DNA of 32,000 nucleotides, from the NCBI RefSeq assembly GCF_000011805.1, contig NC_006841.2. One strand, written 5' to 3'. How positions within the stretch are numbered: position 1 is the first letter of the stretch; every line of letters begins with the position of its first letter. Shown in pieces: positions 18,563 through 26,254 of the stretch. The notes under the pieces were generated by a model. It was not told where the DNA came from, ran no database searches, and saw only the letters and a program-made list of their open reading frames with translations. Position numbers and translations under genes: made by a program. This DNA comes from Aliivibrio fischeri ES114 (lineage in GTDB: Bacteria > Pseudomonadota > Gammaproteobacteria > Enterobacterales > Vibrionaceae).

Positions 18563-20071
18563 ATGCAGGGTGTAGTTGATTTTTTAAATGGGATTATTTG
18601 GAGTCCATTTCTCATTTATTTATGTTTGGGTGCTGGTCTGTTTTATTCAATTCAGACTCGGTTTGTTCAAGTTCGACATTTTAAAGAAATGTGTCGTTTA
18701 TTAATTTCAAACAAAGAATCCAGTAAAGGGATCAGTTCATTTCAAGCGTTAGCAGTATCTCTGTCTGGACGAGTGGGTACAGGTAATATCGCAGGTGTTG
18801 CGGCGGCGATTGGCTTTGGTGGTCCAGGTGCAGTATTTTGGATGTGGGTTGTTGCCTTTTTAGGTGCTGCAACGGCTTATGCGGAATCTACGCTTGCTCA
18901 AATCTATAAAGAAGAAGATGAAGGGCAGTTTCGTGGTGGCCCTGCTTATTATATAGAGAAAGCAATGGGGCAAAAGTGGTATGCGTGGATTTTTGCTATT
19001 GCGACTATTTTTGCTTGTGGTGTTTTACTTCCTGGCGTTCAATCAAACAGTATTGGTAATGCAGTCGAAACGGCTTTTGGATCAGGTAGTATGATTGATA
19101 CTGGGTTGGGTGTATTTAGTTTTGCTAAGATCTTCACCGGTGCAGTTATCTCGATAATTCTTGGCTTCATCATTTTTGGTGGAGTGAAACGTATTGCCAA
19201 CTTCACGCAAATTGTTGTCCCGTTCATGGCTCTGGCTTATATTATCTTAGCGTTTGTCATTATTCTGCTGAACATTAATGAAGTTCCAGCGATTTTTGCA
19301 CTGATCATTGGTGATGCATTTACGCCAATGGCAGGGTTTGGTGCTGCTATTGGTTGGGGGGTTAAGCGAGGTGTTTATTCAAACGAAGCGGGTCAAGGTA
19401 CTGGTCCACATGCAGCTGCTGCGGCAAGTGTTGAACATCCTGCACAACAAGGGTTAGTTCAATCATTCTCTATTTACATTGATACCTTGCTAGTTTGTTC
19501 TGCTACAGCATTTATGATTTTAATTACCGGCGCCTACAATGTACATGGTAGTGGAGAGGGAGTTTTCTTAGTTCAAAATATCTCTGAAACCATTGGTGCA
19601 AATGGTCCTATGTTCACTCAAATGGCAATTGAAAGCACTCTACCTGGTATCGGTAAAATCTTTATTGCTTTTGCATTATTCTTTTTCGCATTCACAACAA
19701 TTTTAGCTTATTACTATATTGCTGAAACGAACATTGCTTATATACGTCGAACATTAAAAATTGATGGAATGATGTTTGTTCTTAAAGTGGTGATCATGTC
19801 TGCGGTATTTTACGGTACGGTTAAAACGACTAACCTTGCTTGGGCTATGGGTGACGTTGGTGTTGGGGTAATGGCTTGGTTAAATATCATTGGTATTCTG
19901 ATTATTTTCTTCTTGTCAAAACCTGCATTAAAAGCGCTAAAAGATTATGAAGAACAGCAAAAACAAGGTGTAAAAAGTTTTACTTTCGACCCTGTAAAAC
20001 TAGGAATTAAAGGCGCAACTTATTGGGAACAAAAGTTAGAAAGAAACAATAAGAAATCCAGAGAAAAATAA
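18563..20071 (+). CDS. Alanine/glycine:cation symporter (AGCS family)
   Basis: Typical AGCS blocks are present (QALAVSLSGRVGTGNIAGVAAAI..GGPGAVFWMW, YSNEAGQG). I prefer ATG 18563 (MQGVVDFLNG..) with RBS AAAGGGA 6 nt upstream. The track's 18512 start adds 17 unlikely residues. Confidence 0.9.
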   Translation: MQGVVDFLNGIIWSPFLIYLCLGAGLFYSIQTRFVQVRHFKEMCRLLISNKESSKGISSFQALAVSLSGRVGTGNIAGVAAAIGFGGPGAVFWMWVVAFLGAATAYAESTLAQIYKEEDEGQFRGGPAYYIEKAMGQKWYAWIFAIATIFACGVLLPGVQSNSIGNAVETAFGSGSMIDTGLGVFSFAKIFTGAVISIILGFIIFGGVKRIANFTQIVVPFMALAYIILAFVIILLNINEVPAIFALIIGDAFTPMAGFGAAIGWGVKRGVYSNEAGQGTGPHAAAAASVEHPAQQGLVQSFSIYIDTLLVCSATAFMILITGAYNVHGSGEGVFLVQNISETIGANGPMFTQMAIESTLPGIGKIFIAFALFFFAFTTILAYYYIAETNIAYIRRTLKIDGMMFVLKVVIMSAVFYGTVKTTNLAWAMGDVGVGVMAWLNIIGILIIFFLSKPALKALKDYEEQQKQGVKSFTFDPVKLGIKGATYWEQKLERNNKKSREK

Positions 20072-20094
20072 ATAAGATTGCTATCTAAAATAAG

Positions 20095-20124
20095 AAAAAT
20101 GCCGTTAATGTAACGGCATTTTTT
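20095..20124 (+). terminator. Intrinsic terminator after the AGCS gene
   Basis: AAAAATGCCGTTA-atg-TAACGGCATTTTTT: a GC-containing stem followed by a 6-T run. Confidence 0.8.
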
Positions 20125-20150
20125 ATGTCAAATTAAATATGGAGTACAGC

Positions 20151-20543
20151 ATGTCAGGAATTTTAGAATTAGATGAACTGCTTAAAACAATGAAGCCAGA
20201 ACTGTTAACTCAAGAGTATGTGTTTTGCTGTGTGGAAGGGGAGCTGAAAGAATATATTAGCTTAAACCCTATCGGGAGTTTTGTTGAGCAAGAAGGATTA
20301 ACCTTAGTTTTAGAGAAAGACGTTGCTCTTAAGGAAAACATCCCATTTGAAGGGGTATTTCGTCAAATAACGTTAACGGTTCATTCAAGTTTAGATGCTG
20401 TAGGTCTCACTGCCGCTGTATCAACTAAATTAGCATCAAAAGGGATAAGTGCGAATGTGGTGGCCGCGTTTTATCATGATCATATTTTTGTTCAATCTAG
20501 TAAGGCTGAGTTGGCATTATCTGCGTTAAAAGAGATCGAATAA
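20151..20543 (+). CDS. Small ACT-domain protein of unknown function
   Basis: About 130 aa. The C-terminal half (..ITLTVHSSLDAVGLTAAVSTKLASKGISANVVAAFYHDHIFV..) has the ACT beta-alpha-beta-beta-alpha-beta pattern. GGAG lies 6 nt before ATG 20151, whereas the track's 20139 ATG has no RBS. Confidence 0.7.
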   Translation: MSGILELDELLKTMKPELLTQEYVFCCVEGELKEYISLNPIGSFVEQEGLTLVLEKDVALKENIPFEGVFRQITLTVHSSLDAVGLTAAVSTKLASKGISANVVAAFYHDHIFVQSSKAELALSALKEIE

Positions 20544-20623
20544 TCACTATACATTTTATATGGCATTGCTAATGCCTATGGTAAAATCAGAGCTCATTTT
20601 TTTGTTAACCAAGAAGTATAAAC

Positions 20624-20971
20624 ATGGATATTCAACGTATTAACCCAAGCGAAAAATGGTCTGATGTAACAGTATTTAATAAAATGGCTCATTTTGTTGA
20701 AGTGGCAGAAGATGAAACGGCAGATATGCTAGGCCAAACTGAGCAAGTATTCGCTCAAGCTGAAGCGATGCTAGCAAGTGTAAATAGTGATAAGTCTCGT
20801 TTAGTATCGGTTACTATTTATGTAACTGATTTTGCTAATCTAGCCGTATTTAATGAAGCATGGATAAAGTGGTTACCAGAAGGGTGTGCTCCAAGCCGTG
20901 CCTGTTTAAAAGTAGAGCTTGCCGATCCTAATTACTTGGTTGAAATCGCATTCGTTGCTGCAGTTAAGTGA
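20624..20971 (+). CDS. yoaB: RidA/YjgF/YER057c-family protein (YoaB-like)
   Basis: 115 aa. The pattern I..I.....WSDV...N......V.E........QT.......A.L...GS.KS.......I...D...F..MN.AW..W......P.R.......L..P.Y.VEI...AAV is colinear with my memory of E. coli YoaB. Confidence 0.75.
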   Translation: MDIQRINPSEKWSDVTVFNKMAHFVEVAEDETADMLGQTEQVFAQAEAMLASVNSDKSRLVSVTIYVTDFANLAVFNEAWIKWLPEGCAPSRACLKVELADPNYLVEIAFVAAVK

Positions 20972-21137
20972 TGATTATGTCGCTAAATAGGAAGTCTATT
21001 TAGTGGCATAAATACAGATTTATTCAGTTGTTGTTTGCTCCTGTTTATAATGAAATGCTTATTATCAATAAATATGCTTTACAATCTTCGGGCTTTGATT
21101 TAGTTTAACAACAATTATTTTATAGAGTGTATAAGTT

Positions 21138-21233
21138 ATGTTTACGAACATTAAAAACAATCTGACTGCTTATCAAGCAGAATCGAGCAAGATTGCGTAT
21201 ACACTTGTCTCTGTCGTCGTTGTCATTCACTGA
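21138..21233 (+). CDS. Candidate branched-chain amino-acid leader peptide (31 aa: MFTNIKNNLTAYQAESSKIAYTLVSVVVVIH)
   Basis: My own translation; the ORF is too short for the track. Seven of the last 9 codons are Leu, Val or Ile, including GTC GTC GTT GTC in a row. This resembles the regulatory runs of E. coli ilvL and ivbL. The ORF ends inside a terminator hairpin and lies 102 nt upstream of brnQ. The SD is weak (GAGTG, 8 nt upstream). Confidence 0.6.
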   Translation: MFTNIKNNLTAYQAESSKIAYTLVSVVVVIH

Positions 21234-21252
21234 TACTGACGGCTTTTTTATT
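21213..21252 (+). terminator. Intrinsic terminator (attenuator) overlapping the Val codons of the leader ORF
   Basis: 5' arm GTCGTCGTTGTCA (21213..21225), loop TTCAC, 3' arm TGATACTGACGGC (21231..21243). This gives 12 of 13 positions paired (9 Watson-Crick, 3 G-U) with a GC-rich base, followed directly by TTTTTTATT. A competing hairpin, ACTGACG (21235..21241) with CGTCAGT (21253..21259), re-uses the 3' arm. Confidence 0.6.
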
Positions 21253-21334
21253 CGTCAGTTAGGCTGGCGGATAGAGCACTCCTTTTATATCTTCTAGCCC
21301 AACTGATACCAAGTTAACTTATAAGGTATGTTGT

Positions 21335-22651
21335 GTGAACAGAAGAGATCTCGCTGCTATTGGCTTTATGACCTTCGCCTTGTTTTTAGGTGCTGGCAAT
21401 CTAATTTATCCACCATTAATGGCTCAACAAGCAGGTGAAAACTGGTTGATTGCTATTGTTGGCTTTCTCCTTACTGCCGTTGGTCTACCTGCATTTACAC
21501 TTGTCGTGTTAGGGCGCTTATCTTCTGCTGATAAATTAACAGCGCTATTACCTAAATGGATGGACCGTTCATTTTGGTTTTTAGTTTTAACCACTTTAGG
21601 CCCTGCATTTGTATTACCTCGAGCTGTAACTGTTGCTTATGAAATGGGGGTAAAGCCTTTTTATTCTGGAAATGGCTTAATGGTTTTTTCTGCTTTATTT
21701 TGTGCATTAACGCTGTGGTTAGCACTAAAGCCGGGTAAGTTAGTTGATTATATTGGTAAAGTGATGACACCTGCTTTAATCGCTATGCTAGCGGTATTGG
21801 TTATTGCAGCATTAGTAAACCCTTTAGGGGAACCAAGCCAAGCGATTGAAGTATATCAACAAGCTCCTGCGGTGAATGGTTTAATTCAGGGTTACATGAC
21901 ATTAGATGCTATTGCTGCAGTTGCGTTTGGTTGGGTGATTATTCAAACTATTCGCAGTAAAGGAATTGAAGAGAAAAAAGCGATTTCTTATTACACCATT
22001 CGTATTGCGGTTATTTATTCTGTTTTAATGTCGTTATGTTATTTAGCTATGGGCTATTTGGGTTCTACATCATCTGAAATTGCACCAAGTGCAACCAATG
22101 GTGGTGAGATCTTAACGCGTTATGCTGCAGGTGAGTTTGGCATGTTAGGTCAAATTTTATTAGCTGCAATTACATTAATGGCTTGCTTAACGACAACCAT
22201 CGGCCTAACAAATGCAAACTCACAGTATTATAAAAATACTTACGGAATTACATTTAAAGCTAGTGCAACAGTGATCATGGTATTAACGGCAATTATTTCA
22301 AACTTCGGTCTAGAAACTATCATTGAAGTAAGTCTTCCAGCGATTTTAATTTTGTGTCCTATTGCCATTTCATTGATCATCGCTATGGTGTTAATTTCTG
22401 AAAAATCAGAATCAAATACGTTAACGATTTCAATGAGCCACACAGCTGTTGTATGTATTGCAGCGCTGTTTGGTACAATTGATGCCTTACATATTTTAGG
22501 TAAGTTGCCTGAAGGTATGGCAGCGTTTTGTGAACAATGGCTACCGTTGTTCTCATCACATACATCCTGGTTGTTACCTGTCTTTATAACTATTTTTGTT
22601 CATAAGCTGTTTAATAAAACAGTGTTAAAGAACGTTGTAGTAAATAATTAG
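21335..22651 (+). CDS. brnQ: Branched-chain amino acid:cation symporter (LIVCS family, LIV-II)
   Basis: 438 aa with a GTG start and RBS TAAGGT 7 nt upstream. The N-terminus [24 protein letters not shown] and overall length and topology are colinear with E. coli BrnQ (..[24 protein letters not shown]..). Confidence 0.93.
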   Translation: [438 protein letters not shown]

Positions 22652-22670
22652 TATTATTTTGCGTATTGAT

Positions 22671-22705
22671 AAAGAGCAGCCATAATGGTTGCTCTTTTTG
22701 TTTTT
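22671..22705 (+). terminator. Intrinsic terminator after brnQ
   Basis: AAAGAGCAGCC-ataat-GGTTGCTCTTT (11 bp, one G-U) followed by TTGTTTTT. Confidence 0.8.
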
Positions 22706-22724
22706 GGAATAGGGCTTTTCGTAT

Positions 22725-23621
22725 ATGTTGGCGTTAATTTATCATCCGATATATTCTCAGTTGGCTTTGCCTGATGGGCACCGTTATCCTATTCAAAAGT
22801 ATCAGCGCTTGTATCAAGCTATTCAGTCTCATTATTCTGATGAGCTTTACTGCTGTTTCGAACCAATACCGTTATCTATTGAAGCAATTAAACAAGTCCA
22901 TGAAGAAAACTATGTAAATGCGCTAGTTACTGGAACTTTACCTGCAGCTAAAATGCGACGAATTGGTTTTCCTTGGAGCGAATCATTAATTGAGAGAACA
23001 CTGCTGTCAGCTTCTGGTACTTGTCTAACTGTTGATAAAGCATTAGAAAATGGCAGTGCTATACATTTAAGCGGTGGCTACCATCATGCTCATTATGATT
23101 TTGGTAGCGGTTTTTGCTTAGTTAATGATTTAGCTATTGCTGCACATCACGGATTAAGCAAAGACAGTATTGATAAAGTATTAATTATTGATAGTGATGT
23201 TCACCATGGTGATGGAACCGCAACACTTTGTGCTGATAGAGGTGACATCATCACGCTCTCTTTTCATTGTGATAAAAACTTTCCTGCGCGAAAACCTATC
23301 TCTGATTATGATGTTCCGTTAGCTATTGGCACTCAAGATAATGAATTTTTAGAGGCGTTTGAGCAGATTGTTGAAATGGCAATTAATCATCATCAGCCTG
23401 ATCTTATTATTTATGATGCAGGTGTAGATATTCATATTGATGATGAATTAGGCTATTTAAATATATCAACAGAAGGATTGTATCAACGAGATAAATTTAT
23501 GAGGAATATTACAGCACAAAAGGGGATCCCTATTGCTTGTGTTGTTGGTGGTGGATACAGGAGTAATCACGAAGACTTAGTTGAACCGCATTTGCAATTG
23601 ATACGTGCATTTGTTAATTAA
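22725..23621 (+). CDS. Histone-deacetylase-family (arginase/deacetylase fold) Zn-dependent amidohydrolase
   Basis: 298 aa with intact class signatures: GGYHHAHYDFGSGFCLVND (His-His dyad), DSDVHHGDGT (Asp/His zinc ligands), YDAGVDIH and VVGGGY (catalytic Tyr). Confidence 0.85.
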   Translation: MLALIYHPIYSQLALPDGHRYPIQKYQRLYQAIQSHYSDELYCCFEPIPLSIEAIKQVHEENYVNALVTGTLPAAKMRRIGFPWSESLIERTLLSASGTCLTVDKALENGSAIHLSGGYHHAHYDFGSGFCLVNDLAIAAHHGLSKDSIDKVLIIDSDVHHGDGTATLCADRGDIITLSFHCDKNFPARKPISDYDVPLAIGTQDNEFLEAFEQIVEMAINHHQPDLIIYDAGVDIHIDDELGYLNISTEGLYQRDKFMRNITAQKGIPIACVVGGGYRSNHEDLVEPHLQLIRAFVN

Positions 23622-23839
23622 GTTTTAACAAGGCTCGTGACAGTGTCACTAATCTGGCGAGATGGAAGGGGGATTGTTGTTGGCTGTAGAGAAAGAAATT
23701 ATATTGTTTTTTAACTTTATGATTTAAAAGATTTATTTTCCTTTTTAGACGTTTGTTTTATCATCTGGTTTTTTTCTTTATTTTTGTATTGTTATGAAAA
23801 ATAAAAGCGTATACTCCTTTCTTTTTTTAAAAACCAAAA

Positions 23840-25525
23840 ATGAAAAAATTAATCTTGCTGCTTGCAGGTATCATCATTATTTCAGTTGCGACTGCTTTTG
23901 TTGTGAATGAAACGCTTCACTCCCATGATGTTAGTGATAGATCTGTTGATTATAAGAAGCAGCTCATTGAACTATCAACGGTATGTAAGTCACTTGAATG
24001 CCAAGTTATTGCCGATTTTAACCGCTTTAATAAAAACGAATATCAAAATAATATTGAAGATATAGCTGAAAGTATTCGACCAATTATTAATTATCAAAAT
24101 GGTCCTAAAATTGGTACTGCAATCTTAAATATTGCATTACAAGATGGCGATCTAAATGAAGAATCCCAATTATTAGTTTTAGATAAAATAGCGACGTTAC
24201 GATATAAAGATAATGATCTTTATGGAATGATCGACCCATCATTAAAATATATAGACATTGCTCATGAAAGTGGAGATGAATTAAAAGTTGCCACTGGAGA
24301 ATTTAGCTTAGCATTAATTATTACTTATTTTAAAGGTTATGATTTTGCAAATAAAATCATTAATTCTATTCAATATAAAGATAGCTCAGATGAGTGGAAA
24401 AAATTAAAAACTAGAGCAACATTAAGTTTAGCTGAAAATAAATTAGCAATAAATAAACCTAAAAAAGCATTGGATCTTCTTGAAAATGTAGATCAATACC
24501 AAGCAGCTTACAACGAAGAAGATTGGCGTGATTATCATGTTTATCTATTATCTCTGAGAGCCGAAGCTTATGATGAGATTGGTTTGAGCGAGAAAGCAAA
24601 TCAATGTTTAATGCTTGCTCAGGTTGAGTTAGAGAAAGATAAAGTTAGCTTATTATTAGATAAACATATTTTAATAAAGATAATTGAATTCAAATTAGCA
24701 TTAAAAAATGAAAATTATTCATTGATTGAAAATAAGAAAGAAGAACTATTAAAAATAGCAGATAGGACGAATCAAATAAGATTTACTAAATTAGTGTATT
24801 CAACTCTTTTTGATTATTACCTTAAAACGAATAATACAATCGAATTTTACAATTTAAATAAAAGGTACAATGCTGTACGTGATGAAAGACAGAGTGCCAG
24901 TTATCATCTTTTGATTTCAAATAAATTAAAGCAAAGTGAAAATAGTCATTTGAATGAAGACCATCAACAATCGTTGTTATTTTTAAAAATTGCATTTGTC
25001 ATATTACTTGTTATCTCATCATTATTATTAATGATGGTAGTTAAAATAAAGTATCTGAATATTGAAACGTATACGGATCCACTCACTCGTTCATTAAACC
25101 GAAGAAAGTTTATGATTGATTATGAGGGGATTGCACAGAAGGACCATGCGTTTTTAATCTTAGACATTGATGGATTTAAGGCAATTAATGACAGTTTTGG
25201 TCATGAGGTTGGAGATGAGGTATTAGAAAAAGTTGCACGTGAAATCGCTCTAATACTTGGGAATCATCATAAATGTTACCGGATAGGCGGTGAAGAATTT
25301 GTTGTTCTCTTTACTTTGATTGAGCCTCTAGATTGTATTGAATTGGCTGAAGATATACGTAGAAGTGTTGAGAACTTACAGTGGAATCATGACCTTAAAG
25401 TAACAATTAGCGGTGGATTGAGTTTCTCTGGTAAAGAAAAAAACACGTATAAACTAGCTGATGAATTGCTTTATAACGCAAAGCGTACAAGCAAAAATGT
25501 TATTTTGAACGACAGTATCTATTAA
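23840..25525 (+). CDS. Membrane diguanylate cyclase: signal anchor + ~350-aa periplasmic helical domain of unknown type + TM + GGDEF
   Basis: 561 aa. TM1 is KKLILLLAGIIIISVATAFVV and TM2 is LLFLKIAFVILLVISSLLLMMVV. The GGDEF domain has DPLTRSLNRR, LDIDGFKAINDSFGH and the active-site motif RIGGEEF. No RxxD I-site lies 5 residues upstream of GGEEF (the sequence there is NHHKCY). Confidence 0.85.
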   Translation: MKKLILLLAGIIIISVATAFVVNETLHSHDVSDRSVDYKKQLIELSTVCKSLECQVIADFNRFNKNEYQNNIEDIAESIRPIINYQNGPKIGTAILNIALQDGDLNEESQLLVLDKIATLRYKDNDLYGMIDPSLKYIDIAHESGDELKVATGEFSLALIITYFKGYDFANKIINSIQYKDSSDEWKKLKTRATLSLAENKLAINKPKKALDLLENVDQYQAAYNEEDWRDYHVYLLSLRAEAYDEIGLSEKANQCLMLAQVELEKDKVSLLLDKHILIKIIEFKLALKNENYSLIENKKEELLKIADRTNQIRFTKLVYSTLFDYYLKTNNTIEFYNLNKRYNAVRDERQSASYHLLISNKLKQSENSHLNEDHQQSLLFLKIAFVILLVISSLLLMMVVKIKYLNIETYTDPLTRSLNRRKFMIDYEGIAQKDHAFLILDIDGFKAINDSFGHEVGDEVLEKVAREIALILGNHHKCYRIGGEEFVVLFTLIEPLDCIELAEDIRRSVENLQWNHDLKVTISGGLSFSGKEKNTYKLADELLYNAKRTSKNVILNDSIY

Positions 25526-25554
25526 ATTATTATCAATTATTCCCACTGATTAAG

Positions 25555-25581
25555 CCGCTAATTTAAGTTAGCGGTTTTTTT
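25555..25581 (+). terminator. Intrinsic terminator after the GGDEF gene
   Basis: CCGCTAA-tttaag-TTAGCGG followed by TTTTTTT. Confidence 0.75.
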
Positions 25582-25592
25582 ATATGCGTAAT

Positions 25593-25608
25593 TGTTACTG
25601 AACTCACA
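25593..25608. promoter_or_regulatory. CRP-binding site candidate (TGTTA-ctgaac-TCACA) upstream of the PTS operon
   Basis: 9/10 match to the TGTGA-N6-TCACA core. Its centre is about 205 bp upstream of the EIIA ATG, which is rather far from the CDS. Confidence 0.4.
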
Positions 25609-25805
25609 CTTTGGATCTGAGGGTACAAAAGTCCAGTAAATGCTTGAAATATCAACTTACCAACCGTGTCATTTATTCATATTATTTCCTCATCGAATGA
25701 AACCCAATGCATTTAAAATTGAATTGCTTTCGAAGTTAACATTTTGAAATGTAATGGTTTTATGTTTTTAAAATATTAGCTCAAACATGAGCGTAGGAAA
25801 TAAAA

Positions 25806-26237
25806 ATGATTACATCATTAGTTAATACCGACTTAATTACATTGGATTTAAAATCAACTACAAAAGATGGTGTTTTTTCTGAACTGGCTGAAACACTGCT
25901 TCAAAATGGTCGCATTAATAATAAAGAAAATTTCTTAACTGATATTTATACGCGTGAAGCACAATGTGTAACTAGTGACATGGGTATTGCTTATCCACAC
26001 GCTAAAAGCCCGTCAGTTATCACTCCTGCAATTGCGGTAGGGGTATCTAAAGAGCCTATTGAATATCAAGCTGATGATGAACAGCCAAGCGTATTTTTTA
26101 TGATTGCCTCACCAGAAAGCGGCGATCACCACATTTATGCACTACAAGCGTTATTTGAAAAATTTGGTGATGACCTGATTGCAGATATGCAAAAAGCGAC
26201 CACTAAACAACAAATTTTAGATCTATTGACTAACTAA
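25806..26237 (+). CDS. PTS EIIA component, fructose/mannitol/Ntr type (PTS_EIIA_2)
   Basis: 143 aa. The phosphorylatable-His context is GIAYPHAKS and the second conserved His is in GDHHIYALQAL. RBS AGGAAA. Confidence 0.85.
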   Translation: MITSLVNTDLITLDLKSTTKDGVFSELAETLLQNGRINNKENFLTDIYTREAQCVTSDMGIAYPHAKSPSVITPAIAVGVSKEPIEYQADDEQPSVFFMIASPESGDHHIYALQALFEKFGDDLIADMQKATTKQQILDLLTN

Positions 26238-26254
26238 CTTTTAGGATTACTTTT

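Noticed and set aside
23637-23649. 13-bp palindrome GTGACAgTGTCAC just after the HDAC-like gene. I considered it as a terminator or a CRP-like site.
   Set aside because: A 1-nt loop cannot form an RNA hairpin and no T run follows. The half-site spacing does not fit TGTGA-N6-TCACA. It may be a chance palindrome.
23794-23910. 38-codon ORF (MKNKSVYSFLFLKTK..) overlapping the start of the GGDEF gene in another frame.
   Set aside because: It has no RBS and a Cys-rich nonsense-like C-terminus, and it lies in a homopolymer-rich promoter region. It is most likely spurious.
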